NCBI GenBank assembly: GCA_001772615.1
Contig: MEUZ01000004.1
Span: 8,455-72,454 of the forward strand
Source: a candidate division WWE3 bacterium RIFCSPHIGHO2_01_FULL_40_23
GTDB lineage: Bacteria > Patescibacteriota > WWE3 > UBA101185 > 2-01-FULL-41-18
DNA: 64,000 nucleotides
Direction of reading: 5' to 3'
Numbering within the stretch: the stretch's first letter is position 1; each line of letters opens with the position of its first letter. Under the pieces are notes generated by a model. That model did no database searches, was not told the origin of the DNA, and saw only the letters and a list, made by a program, of their open reading frames with translations. Shown here piece by piece: positions 20,231 to 29,166 of the stretch. Made by a program: the position numbers and the translations under genes.

Positions 20231-20926
20231 ATGTTTAGCTCCTTAACTCTTAAGGTTAAATTTGCTCTTTTCACTTTAGTACTTCTTGTACTTACCGGAG
20301 CAGTTTTGAATTACTCCGAATCTCTCAAACACAACAGTGAAAAGCTCCCTCCAGGGCTTGAGGAAAAACACAAGTTTAGAAAATGGATTGGAAAATGGAA
20401 GGATGAATTCCCTCAATTAGAGGCTGATACTTTTAAACAAATAGATGATGGAGAAATAATTTCCTCAACAAACCCAAGATACACGGTTGAAGAACTGAAT
20501 TTGGAGAAAGTCCAAACCGAAATAGCAAAATACAAAGGTGAAAGATATGTTGTTATTGCACCTGACAAACTTCAACTTCTTAACTTCAGGGTGTTCTTTT
20601 CCAATAATAAGGAAGCAACCTCTTCGTATGTTTATTACTTTGGAATACGTGATGACAAAGTTTTGCATGGACCTATTTATGAATGTAAGAAAACAAGCTG
20701 CTATTTTGATAAACCATTTTTTGAGGGGCCTGATCTGTTCTACCTTCCGGAAGTGGAAGAAAAAGTTATTCCAAATAAAGCTATGAAAGGCGCAACATCC
20801 ACTCCCGCTGTTTATGAACTATACCTGCATGAATTTGACCTCAAAGCCAACAAAAGAAAAACATATATCTCCACGCAACTTCTTACAGACTTCAGTAAAA
20901 TACAAGAAGTCCTTGAAGACCTTTAA
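20231..20926 (+). CDS. Membrane-anchored hypothetical protein
   Basis: N-terminal TM helix; 231 aa. Confidence 0.7.
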   Translation: MFSSLTLKVKFALFTLVLLVLTGAVLNYSESLKHNSEKLPPGLEEKHKFRKWIGKWKDEFPQLEADTFKQIDDGEIISSTNPRYTVEELNLEKVQTEIAKYKGERYVVIAPDKLQLLNFRVFFSNNKEATSSYVYYFGIRDDKVLHGPIYECKKTSCYFDKPFFEGPDLFYLPEVEEKVIPNKAMKGATSTPAVYELYLHEFDLKANKRKTYISTQLLTDFSKIQEVLEDL

Positions 20927-20981
20927 TCCACTCCTAACTTAATACTTACAGCAAGATGTGATAAATTAAACATGACTACGG

Positions 20982-21058
20982 CGGGGTGTAGCTCAGTTGG
21001 CTAGAGCGCTACGTTTGGGACGTAGAAGTCGGAGGTTCAAGTCCCCCCACCCCGACCA
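20982..21058 (+). tRNA. tRNA-Pro (anticodon TGG)
   Basis: CGGGGTG/CACCCCG acceptor stem; CTACG-TTTGGGA-CGTAG; CCA. Confidence 0.95.
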
Positions 21059-21091
21059 AAGCTGAAAAACTTAAATGGTACAATATAAACT

Positions 21092-21757
21092 GTGATTCCT
21101 ATTAAAGACAGTGAGCCATCAGGCATATTTCCTTTAGCAACTATATCAATAGTAATAATCTGCGCAATTATTCTATTTAACGAGATGTCTCAAGTTAACC
21201 TTGAGGAGTTTGTTTTTAAATGGGCACTGGTACCGTCACTTATTGACTTTTCAAACTTTTCAACACTTTATCCATTTGTGACATCCATATTTCTCCATGG
21301 CGGTTTTTTGCATTTTCTCTCCAACATGTGGTTTCTTCTGATTTTCGGAGACAATGTTGAAGCCTCTCTGGGAACAATTAAATATATTATATTTTTCCTA
21401 CTAGCTGGTATATTTGCTTCCTTTGTTCAATTTTTATTTCTCGTAGGGAGTAATGTGCCAATCCTTGGAGCAAGCGGCGCCATAGCGGGGGTTCTTGGTT
21501 TTTATATGGTCGCTTTCCCAAAAAACAAAGTAGATACTTTAATTCCTTACATTGGCCTTATAACAACAATTCGTCTTCCCGCGCAAGCTGTTCTTCTAAT
21601 GTGGTTTGTCACACAGCTCTTTAACGGGACTGCGGGATTTATTTCAGAAACATCAGCCACTTCAGGAATTGCATGGTGGGCTCATATTGGCGGGTTTATA
21701 TTTGGAGCTTTTATAGGACTTCTACATGGAAACTCGAAAAGGTCTTTTAATGTTTAA
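21092..21757 (+). CDS. Rhomboid-family intramembrane serine protease
   Basis: FLHGGFLHFLSNM, GASGAIAG (catalytic Ser), WAHIGGF (catalytic His). Confidence 0.93.
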   Translation: MIPIKDSEPSGIFPLATISIVIICAIILFNEMSQVNLEEFVFKWALVPSLIDFSNFSTLYPFVTSIFLHGGFLHFLSNMWFLLIFGDNVEASLGTIKYIIFFLLAGIFASFVQFLFLVGSNVPILGASGAIAGVLGFYMVAFPKNKVDTLIPYIGLITTIRLPAQAVLLMWFVTQLFNGTAGFISETSATSGIAWWAHIGGFIFGAFIGLLHGNSKRSFNV

Positions 21758-22299
21758 TTCTGCTGGAATGTTGTAGTCTCAATTATTTCAGAAAAATAAC
21801 TTTCTTTAAGCTTTCTTACCTCTTCAGAATCCGTTGGGTTAAATAAAACTACATATCTTACTTTTATACTTGAGTTATAAGGAAATGGAACTTCCGACAC
21901 AAAACTCGCTACGGATGAAAGGTCAGAAGAGAAATTAACTTCTTTATTAACGTGGGTACCGTAGACAACGACTGGCTTTAGATTATTCGTTAGTGGAGAA
22001 GTCTCTTTGTAGAAAACAGATCTTGAAGAAAAACTTACTGGGATAATGTACACATAGCCGAAAAGACCTTTTGAGGAGGTTAAAGATAAGCTAAGTGTAG
22101 CTCCTTTAACGGGGCTTTCAGACGCATTTAACTCTTTAATAAGAAGATTAGGGGGGTATTTAAAGCTGAAGTTGTGTTCAATGTCTTTATACTTTGCCCA
22201 GATATTCCTAGGCCATCTAATATTATCCCTGTTTATAACTCCATATACAGCAATACCCGCAAGTGCAAGAAAAGATATAATTAAAAGGGCAGATTTCAT
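21754..22299 (-). CDS. Membrane-anchored PsbP-like hypothetical protein
   Basis: TM anchor; WAKYKDIEHNFSFKYP; C-terminal FSEIIETTTF. Confidence 0.6.
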   Translation of the reverse strand: MKSALLIISFLALAGIAVYGVINRDNIRWPRNIWAKYKDIEHNFSFKYPPNLLIKELNASESPVKGATLSLSLTSSKGLFGYVYIIPVSFSSRSVFYKETSPLTNNLKPVVVYGTHVNKEVNFSSDLSSVASFVSEVPFPYNSSIKVRYVVLFNPTDSEEVRKLKESYFSEIIETTTFQQN

Positions 22300-22396
22300 A
22301 TGAGCTTTCTAACAACTATAATATACTCGCAAAATCCTTACTACAATGGTCTAGGCAATTTCTGACTTCCACACAATTTTGAACTTTTAGGAAATT

Positions 22397-23023
22397 ATGG
22401 TATCTTTTTCACATCTTATGAAAAACTTTCTGCCCGGAAAAGATTTCACGCTTGTTGCCGCGTGGTTTTTTGCGTCCAATATGATTGTTCTAGTTTTAAT
22501 TATTATTCTTCTTTCGGTTCCAACAGGCGCGAGAAGTACAAATGAGGAAAATATCACTTATTCGGTCTTTTCTTCAAAACCTCCGGTTAACGCCACAATA
22601 TCCGATTCAGTAGAAATAGATGATGCCAGGGCTGCAATTATTGATCAATATTTCAAAGAACATAAGTGCCCGCTAGCTGGAACCGGGCGAAAAATGGTAG
22701 AGCTTTCGGATGAACATAACTTTGAGTTCTGGTGGCTTCCTGCTATAGCGTGGCAGGAGTCATCCTGCGGAAAAAACATCATTGATGGCTCCTATAACGC
22801 GTGGGGATATGGTATTTATGGTGACAACGCAAAAAAATTCTCGAACTGGGATGAAGCCATGGAAATAATAGCCAATGACCTTTCCGTAAACTTTTTTGGT
22901 AAAGGCCTTGTAGAACCATGTGAGGTTGAAAGAAGATACACACCCCCTTCTAAAGGGAGCTGGTGTAGAAGCATCAAATACTTTAAAGACGAACTTATCA
23001 ACTACAAATCCCCCAATATTTAA
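22397..23023 (+). CDS. Membrane-anchored glucosaminidase/lysozyme-like protein
   Basis: PAIAWQESSCGK, YNAWGYG, FSNWDEA; start may be ATG 22418. Confidence 0.7.
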   Translation: MVSFSHLMKNFLPGKDFTLVAAWFFASNMIVLVLIIILLSVPTGARSTNEENITYSVFSSKPPVNATISDSVEIDDARAAIIDQYFKEHKCPLAGTGRKMVELSDEHNFEFWWLPAIAWQESSCGKNIIDGSYNAWGYGIYGDNAKKFSNWDEAMEIIANDLSVNFFGKGLVEPCEVERRYTPPSKGSWCRSIKYFKDELINYKSPNI

Positions 23024-23060
23024 ATCTCCTTTAGTTAATCTGTGATAATATTTAAGCTAG

Positions 23061-23151
23061 GCCGGGATGGCGGAATGGCAGACGCGATGGGCTTAGAACC
23101 CATTGGGGTTTCAAAAACCCCGTGGGAGTTCAAATCTCCCTCCCGGCACCA
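23061..23151 (+). tRNA. tRNA-Leu (anticodon TAG)
   Basis: GCCGGGA/TCCCGGC acceptor stem; ATGGG-CTTAGAA-CCCAT; long variable arm; CCA. Confidence 0.97.
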
Positions 23152-23329
23152 AGATCACTTCTAAGCTAATTGGAATCTTCTAGAGCTAAAAAACCAATAT
23201 AAAAGATTTGAAAGCCGCAGCCCGAGTTTATCGAGGGCGAGGCGGGGTCGCGAGCGTTAGAAACTCTTACGAACGAAGTGAGTTAGAGCTTCTTACAACT
23301 CGTGACCAAATCTCCCTCCCGGCACCAAG
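23131..23329 (+). repeat. 23-bp direct repeat of the tRNA-Leu 3' end enclosing a structured 153-bp element
   Basis: CAAATCTCCCTCCCGGCACCAAG at 23131-23153 and 23307-23329. Confidence 0.9.
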
Positions 23330-23335
23330 TAAAAC

Positions 23336-23749
23336 TTACGCAAGGTCAATATTCCAAATCATTATAAAAAATTTCTTTACATTCCTGTAAATCCAGTAGA
23401 GAAGAAGATAAAGATGAATTACTGTTATAACTTTAGCGCTGACTTCTAAAGAATTATTTAAAAGAAAGGAATAAGCAGGCATGAGGAAAGAAAAACCTAT
23501 ATAGGAAAGAACAACAATCAAAGCAAGGTACGAAAGCTTCCATAAAAAATCCTGATAGAGAAAGGTTTGGGCTAAAATATCAATGAAAAAAAGGCAAGCG
23601 CCAGAAGCTAAAAGAGTTAACACAACTCTTAAAAACATACCAAGCTCCAGATTTCCAAAATATGAAACAAAAAGTAGATAAAAGGTTAAGGAAAAAAACA
23701 GTAAAACGAGATAATAAATTCCCTTCTCAAGAGTCTGCTCACTTGCCAT
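23336..23749 (-). CDS. Four-TM membrane protein
   Basis: Strongly hydrophobic ORF; ATG (MASEQ) preferred as start. Confidence 0.65.
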   Translation of the reverse strand: MASEQTLEKGIYYLVLLFFSLTFYLLFVSYFGNLELGMFLRVVLTLLASGACLFFIDILAQTFLYQDFLWKLSYLALIVVLSYIGFSFLMPAYSFLLNNSLEVSAKVITVIHLYLLLYWIYRNVKKFFIMIWNIDLA

Positions 23750-23810
23750 ACTTATTTCATAACACAAAAGCCGTGTTTACTTCAAGATTATATGCTAAAA
23801 TACCGCGGTT

Positions 23811-24653
23811 ATGGAAGTGAAAGTTGAAAAACTCCCAAAATCAACCGTTAAACTCATAATTAAAATTGAATCCGATAAAGTCAAGGAAACTTACCAGCAT
23901 GTACTTTCGGAGTTCGCAGAAGAGACCGAAATGGAAGGCTTTAGAAAAGGCAAAGCCCCACTTCCTCTAGTTGAAAAGACAGTAAAAGAAGGTGACCTTA
24001 ATGGAGAAACCATAAACCACCTGCTAAGGCAGTATTACACATCAGCTCTAAAAGAGCACATGATTAAACCCGTTGGTAATCCTAAGGTAATAATCAAGGC
24101 TTTCTCAAAAGACGCGGATTTCGAATTTGAGGCCGAAATTGCAGTTAAGCCAGATATAGCCCTAGGAGACTACAAATCAAAACTTAAACAAGTCCATCTA
24201 AAGAAAAACCTTGAAAACAAAGACGAAAAGCAAAGCCTAAACATTGAAGATGTTATATTCGCTGTATCGGAAGTTTGCGAGGTGGAGTTTTCAGACATTT
24301 TGGTAGAAGAAGAAGTAAATAGAATGCTTGGGAGGCTCCTCCAACAAGCTGAAACCCTCGGATTAAACATAGAGCAGTACCTTTCAGCGCAAAACAAAAC
24401 AGTTGAACAGCTGCGAAAAGAGTATGAGGAAACAGCGAAGAAAAACATTAAAGCCGAGTTCGCTTTGTCTAAAGCAATTGAGCAAGAGGACATTAAAGTA
24501 GAGGATAGCGAAATAGAAGAAGCCATAAACGCTGTCCCTGACGAAAAAGTAAGGGAGGAACTTCAAAACGGGACAGACAGGTGGTATATTATCAGTATAC
24601 TGGCTAAAAACAAGCTTATTAAAAAATTAATAGATGAAACGGAGGGTAAATAA
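23811..24653 (+). CDS. tig: Trigger factor lacking the FKBP PPIase domain
   Basis: GFRKGKAP ribosome-binding motif; 280 aa, N-domain joined directly to C-domain; adjacent to clpP. Confidence 0.9.
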   Translation: MEVKVEKLPKSTVKLIIKIESDKVKETYQHVLSEFAEETEMEGFRKGKAPLPLVEKTVKEGDLNGETINHLLRQYYTSALKEHMIKPVGNPKVIIKAFSKDADFEFEAEIAVKPDIALGDYKSKLKQVHLKKNLENKDEKQSLNIEDVIFAVSEVCEVEFSDILVEEEVNRMLGRLLQQAETLGLNIEQYLSAQNKTVEQLRKEYEETAKKNIKAEFALSKAIEQEDIKVEDSEIEEAINAVPDEKVREELQNGTDRWYIISILAKNKLIKKLIDETEGK

Positions 24654-24654
24654 T

Positions 24655-25263
24655 ATGTCAACTTCCAAAGGTCAACTAATCCCTGTAGTGGTAGAGAAAG
24701 ATCCTAAAGGTTTTGAAAGATCGTATGATATATATTCAAGGCTTTTAAAAGATAGAATTGTTTTCCTTCAAGACCAAATAGACACTTTTCATGCAAATAT
24801 AGTAATAGCCCAGCTTTTATTCCTGCAGGCTGAAAATCCTAAAGAGGATATAAAGCTTTATATAAACAGCCCAGGGGGAAGCGTGTACGCAGGAATGGCG
24901 GTTTATGACACTATCAAACACTTATCCTGTGACATTTCAACTATTGCAGTTGGGATGGCGGCGTCCATGGCTTCTTTAATACTCTCTGCAGGAACCAAAG
25001 GCAAAAGGTACGCTCTTCCTAACTCTATAGTTTTAATACATCAACCTCTAATGCATGGGCTTGAAGGTCAGGCTTCGGACATTGAAATTCATGCCAAAGA
25101 ACTTTTAAGGTTAAAAGATATGAGCGCTGAAGTTTTGGCAAAAAATACTGGTCAGAAAAAGGATAAGATATTAAGGGATATGGATAGAGATTTCTTTATG
25201 ACTGCAAAAGAGTCTAAAGAATACGGGATTATAGATAACGTGTTTGAAGAGAAGAAAGCTTAA
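24655..25263 (+). CDS. clpP: ATP-dependent Clp protease proteolytic subunit
   Basis: [32 protein letters not shown]. Confidence 0.97.
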   Translation: MSTSKGQLIPVVVEKDPKGFERSYDIYSRLLKDRIVFLQDQIDTFHANIVIAQLLFLQAENPKEDIKLYINSPGGSVYAGMAVYDTIKHLSCDISTIAVGMAASMASLILSAGTKGKRYALPNSIVLIHQPLMHGLEGQASDIEIHAKELLRLKDMSAEVLAKNTGQKKDKILRDMDRDFFMTAKESKEYGIIDNVFEEKKA

Positions 25264-25266
25264 GCT

Positions 25267-25322
25267 TGGTGGGTCTGTGCCACGTTAAATTTGCGAAAGC
25301 AAGTTTTCACGTGGTGGGTCTG
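25267..25322 (-). repeat. 11-bp duplication of the tRNA-Val 3' end enclosing a hairpin
   Basis: TGGTGGGTCTG at 25267-25277 and 25312-25322; between them CCACGT...TTGC-GAAA-GCAA...ACGTGG. Confidence 0.75.
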
Positions 25323-25388
25323 ATAGGACTCGAACCTATGACCTTCTCGATGTCAACGAGACGCTCTAACCAACTGAGCTACAGACCC
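25312..25388 (-). tRNA. tRNA-Val (anticodon GAC)
   Basis: Reverse complement: GGGTCTG/CAGACCC acceptor stem; TCTCG-TTGACAT-CGAGA; CCA. Confidence 0.97.
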
Positions 25389-25465
25389 CCGCAACCTTAA
25401 CTATATTAATTAATTACCCTCATTAAATCAACTTTAAACCTTCTAGATACGAAATCACATTTTAC

Positions 25466-25493
25466 TTGACAGGAAACCTATAGTCCGTATAAT
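25466..25493 (+). promoter_or_regulatory. Sigma70 consensus promoter
   Basis: TTGACA-16 nt-TATAAT upstream of the ORF at 25530. Confidence 0.75.
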
Positions 25494-25529
25494 TAGAGAA
25501 ACTTTAGAGATCATTAAGGAGAAGACAAG

Positions 25530-25892
25530 ATGGAGCTCTATCTTTTGTTTATCGGGGGTATAACCCTTGTGGGAATTACCCTTTTCCTTGGGGTTTGGGC
25601 TTTGTCCAGGATCAGGGTGAGCCTTCCCGTCACGAGTCTGCCGAAAATCAAAGGGCCTCCTCGGCTTAATGAGCAACCCGCGAAGGCAAAGATCCTTTCT
25701 GCATGGAGGTCGGACAAAGGCGCACTGGTTATTAATACTGCTTCTGCACGTAAGTTCCCTACGACTGCACCAAAGGCTAAAGGCCATGGCTACCGCAAAG
25801 CAATGAAAATTGTGAAGGGGCGGGGTAGGCATCCTCATCTCCACTCAAGAAACGCGCTCAAGTGGGCACGTTTAACTCTTAGAACCGCGTAG
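25530..25892 (+). CDS. ORFan: N-terminal TM helix plus highly basic tail
   Basis: Own promoter, SD AAGGAG and terminator; GC-richer than neighbours. Confidence 0.65.
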   Translation: MELYLLFIGGITLVGITLFLGVWALSRIRVSLPVTSLPKIKGPPRLNEQPAKAKILSAWRSDKGALVINTASARKFPTTAPKAKGHGYRKAMKIVKGRGRHPHLHSRNALKWARLTLRTA

Positions 25893-25899
25893 AACATCT

Positions 25900-25934
25900 A
25901 AGACCGTCGCACACGCACCTGTGGCGGTCTTTTT
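25900..25934 (+). terminator. Intrinsic terminator
   Basis: AAGACCG...CGGTCTT stem followed by a T run. Confidence 0.75.
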
Positions 25935-25936
25935 AC

Positions 25937-26611
25937 TTAAAGATCATCCAAATTTAAACTATCTTCAACTTTAAATTTTCCAACCATTGTTCTGACAAGT
26001 TTAATAAGAGTTGCTCCTGTACCCATCTTTTTACCAAGATCATGAGCCAAGGATCTAATATATGTTCCTGATTGACATACAACTCTAATGGAAAGGACAG
26101 GAAAATCCTTTTTGACTTTTTCAACTCGTTTTACCTCAAATCCCTCAACTTTAATATCCTTAATCTCAACTTCTCTTACGGGAAGAGCTGTATAATTTTT
26201 AACCCCAGATCTTGCAATGTCATACAGTCTTCTTCCTTTTACTTTAACTGCGGAATAAAAAGGGACCACCTGTTTTATCTTTCCCAAAAAAGAGCTGATA
26301 ACTTCATTAAACTCATACGCTTTAAAAGCGGTTTCGGGATTCTCATAGACACAAGTTATTTTCCCTTCTAAATCATATGTGTCCGTTTCAATTCCAAAGG
26401 CAATCCCCGCGTAATATTCCTTCTCAAGATGCATGTAGGAATTCTGATTTTTAGTTTCCTCATCTGTTAGAACAATAAGAACTCCTTCAGCCATCGGGTC
26501 CAAAGTTCCTGCATGTCCGGCTTTTCTAACACCAAGCTTTTCCTTCACTATTTTAACGACATCAAAACTTGTGAACCCTTTTGGTTTAAAAACATTCAAA
26601 ACTTCGCCCAT
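25937..26611 (-). CDS. truB: tRNA pseudouridine(55) synthase
   Basis: KPKGFTSFDVV, GHAGTLDPMAEG, GTYIRSLAHDLG. Confidence 0.96.
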   Translation of the reverse strand: MGEVLNVFKPKGFTSFDVVKIVKEKLGVRKAGHAGTLDPMAEGVLIVLTDEETKNQNSYMHLEKEYYAGIAFGIETDTYDLEGKITCVYENPETAFKAYEFNEVISSFLGKIKQVVPFYSAVKVKGRRLYDIARSGVKNYTALPVREVEIKDIKVEGFEVKRVEKVKKDFPVLSIRVVCQSGTYIRSLAHDLGKKMGTGATLIKLVRTMVGKFKVEDSLNLDDL

Positions 26612-26713
26612 AACACAAATATATCAAATAAGACCTACAAACCGACCTAAGCCGGGTACTATAGACTCCCCATGTGATACAATACATCCCGCGGGCAGAA
26701 AGCCCTATTTTTT

Positions 26714-28543
26714 ATGACCAAAACAAGAAACGACATTAGAAATATCGCAATAATTGCCCATGTTGACCACGGAAAGACCACACTCGTGGATGGAATGCTA
26801 AAGCAAACTAAAGTTTTCAGGGAAAACCAGGCTGAAATGAACCAGGATACAATTCTTGATTCAAACCAACTTGAAAGAGAAAAAGGAATTACAATCTTTG
26901 CCAAAAATGCGTCTATTCACTACAGGGGCATCAAAATAAACATAATTGATACCCCGGGTCATGCAGATTTTGGCGGAGAAGTGGAAAGGGTTTTAAACAT
27001 GGCGGACGGAGCACTATTAATAGTTGATTCATCGGAAGGGCCAATGGCCCAAACCAAGTTTGTTCTAAAGAAAGCTCTTGATCTAAACCTTAAGATTATC
27101 CTTGTTATAAATAAACTGGACAAAAAAGACCAAAGATCGAAAGAGGTTTTAAAACTCACGGAACACCTTTTCCTGGACCTCTCCAAAAATGATGAACAAC
27201 TTCATTTCCCCGTAATTTATGCTATTGGAAGAGAAGGAAAAGCCTACAGCTCATTTGAAGACTTCAAACAAAATAAATCTCAAAATCTTATTCCGCTCCT
27301 TGATAAGATAATTGACTTTTTTCACGGTCCGAATGTCAGCGAAACAGACCCCTTTCAAATGCTTGTTACTTCTCTTGATTTTGATTCACATCTTGGAAAA
27401 CACGCAATTGGTAAAGTGTTGTCAGGTAGCGTTAAAAAAGGAAACGAGCTAAAACTCTTTGGTAAACATGAGTCATCCCTAGTCAAAGTTGAAAAAGTTC
27501 TCGTTACAGAAGGTCTCTCAAAATTAGAGGTGCCTGAAGCAAAGGCCGGTGAGATTGTAACACTTGTCGGAATTTCCGGTGCCAAAATCGGGGATACTAT
27601 TGCAGGTAAATCCATAGAAAAAGCGCTTCCTAGAATAGAAGTTACTGAACCAACTTTAAAAATAACAATCGGAGCAAACACTTCACCTTTTTCAGGACTT
27701 GAAGGAAAGTATGTTACTTCAAGAGTCCTTGGTGAGAGGCTAATGCAGGAAGTTGAAACAAATGTAGCTTTAAATGTTGTCCCTAATCCAAATGGCAATG
27801 ACTTCATTGTGTCTGGAAGAGGCGAGCTTCATCTTGCAGTATTAATTGAAACCTTAAGAAGAGAAGGATTTGAACTTCAAGTTTCAAGGCCCGAAGTTAT
27901 ATACAAAGAAAAAGACGGAAAAACGCTTGAACCCATAGAAGATGTAATTATTGAGGTTAAAGATAGTTTTATAGGAAATATAACATCTGAAATGGGCGGG
28001 AGAAGAGCAAAACTTCTTGATATGAAAAGCGATGGGAGCGGGAATACGCATCTGGAATATAAAATACCGGTGAAAAATCTTCTTGGCTTTAGATCACAGT
28101 TTTTAACCCTGACCAAAGGGACAGGGGTAGTTAATACATCATTTCATGGCTATGAACCTGCTTTGGAATTTAACACAAAACTAAGAAACGGTGTTTTAAT
28201 AGCTTCGGATTCTGGTACTGCGACTCTTAACGGTCTGGAAGTAGCGCAGGGTAGGGGAGTAACTTTTATTTATCCAGGAACAAAAGTGTATGAAGGGATG
28301 ATTATTGGATTAAACACAAGAAGTGAAGATATTGAAATAAATGTTGTAAAAGAAAAAACGCTAACTAACGTGAGAAGTGGAAATGACGCACGAGGTATTC
28401 TCCTTTCCCCTCCAAAAATATTAAGCCTTGAAGAAGCGCTCACCTTTATAGAAGGAGATGAGTTGTTAGAAGTTACTCCCAAAAACCTACGGCTTAGAAA
28501 AAGAATTCTAAAGAAAGACTTAAGATACAAATCAAAAAGATAG
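26714..28543 (+). CDS. typA: Translational GTPase TypA/BipA
   Basis: AHVDHGKTT, ERGIT-like EKGIT, DTPGHADF, GRGELHL, ELLEVTP. Confidence 0.97.
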   Translation: MTKTRNDIRNIAIIAHVDHGKTTLVDGMLKQTKVFRENQAEMNQDTILDSNQLEREKGITIFAKNASIHYRGIKINIIDTPGHADFGGEVERVLNMADGALLIVDSSEGPMAQTKFVLKKALDLNLKIILVINKLDKKDQRSKEVLKLTEHLFLDLSKNDEQLHFPVIYAIGREGKAYSSFEDFKQNKSQNLIPLLDKIIDFFHGPNVSETDPFQMLVTSLDFDSHLGKHAIGKVLSGSVKKGNELKLFGKHESSLVKVEKVLVTEGLSKLEVPEAKAGEIVTLVGISGAKIGDTIAGKSIEKALPRIEVTEPTLKITIGANTSPFSGLEGKYVTSRVLGERLMQEVETNVALNVVPNPNGNDFIVSGRGELHLAVLIETLRREGFELQVSRPEVIYKEKDGKTLEPIEDVIIEVKDSFIGNITSEMGGRRAKLLDMKSDGSGNTHLEYKIPVKNLLGFRSQFLTLTKGTGVVNTSFHGYEPALEFNTKLRNGVLIASDSGTATLNGLEVAQGRGVTFIYPGTKVYEGMIIGLNTRSEDIEINVVKEKTLTNVRSGNDARGILLSPPKILSLEEALTFIEGDELLEVTPKNLRLRKRILKKDLRYKSKR

Positions 28544-28566
28544 GAAGCGAAACGCCAAATGATACG

Positions 28567-28953
28567 TCAACGCTTCCCATTCAATCTATCAAGCTCGCGC
28601 CTTAATTCTTCTTGACTCTTCCCACTTAAGTTTTTCCCGTTTTCGTCCCCTTTGTACTTGATGATAACGGCACCCGATCTTCCAATACCATTCAAGAGTG
28701 AAAGTTCGTGCGCAACTACCACAACATGAACCTTTCCTTCCGCTCCCAATTTCTTAATGAACCAGCCGACGCCTTGGTAGTAAACAACAATTACCAAGTC
28801 CCATCTTTGCTCCTCCAAAAATCTTAAAGCCTCCCTAATTGACCCGGCAACAACAGTTTCAAATCCTTTCTCTTCCACTATCCGGATCAAACTCACATCA
28901 ATGCGAACAAATACTTCTCCCTTAGCTTCAACTAACAAGCATCTTTTATCCAT
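28567..28953 (-). CDS. Single-domain pseudo-receiver (CheY-like, no phosphoacceptor Asp)
   Basis: CLLVE...GFETVVAGSIREALRFLEEQRWDLVIVV; SD AAGGAG. Confidence 0.6.
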   Translation of the reverse strand: MDKRCLLVEAKGEVFVRIDVSLIRIVEEKGFETVVAGSIREALRFLEEQRWDLVIVVYYQGVGWFIKKLGAEGKVHVVVVAHELSLLNGIGRSGAVIIKYKGDENGKNLSGKSQEELRRELDRLNGKR

Positions 28954-29166
28954 GGTCCTCTCCTTCTGTTATAAAGATCATTATTATCAGGATTTACTAA
29001 AATGTATAGTAGTGCCTTGACTTAAGTTTTATAACACGGTTTAATATCCTAAATGATTCTTGACTATTCAATACATGAACTTGTAACCCTTTTCACCACA
29101 ACCCCGTAAGGGGTAATAAATTCACACACCAGCTTAATATTTTTCTAATCATTAAAAAGGTATAAA

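Noticed and set aside
23208-23390. 60-aa ORF downstream of tRNA-Leu(TAG)
   Set aside because: TTG start, runs through the hairpin element and tRNA repeat, and overlaps a convergent gene.
25455-25844. 129-aa minus-strand ORF
   Set aside because: Antisense to the plus-strand ORF, which has promoter, SD and terminator support.
25504-25947. Possible truB 3'-end duplication (TTAGAGATCAT versus TTAAAGATCAT) around the 25530 ORFan
   Set aside because: Only 10/11 nt in AT-rich DNA, and the ORFan promoter lies outside the pair; likely chance.
29101-29114. ACCCC-GTAA-GGGGT hairpin upstream of thrS as a T-box or operator
   Set aside because: No T-box consensus or specifier stem is visible; a lone short hairpin is insufficient.
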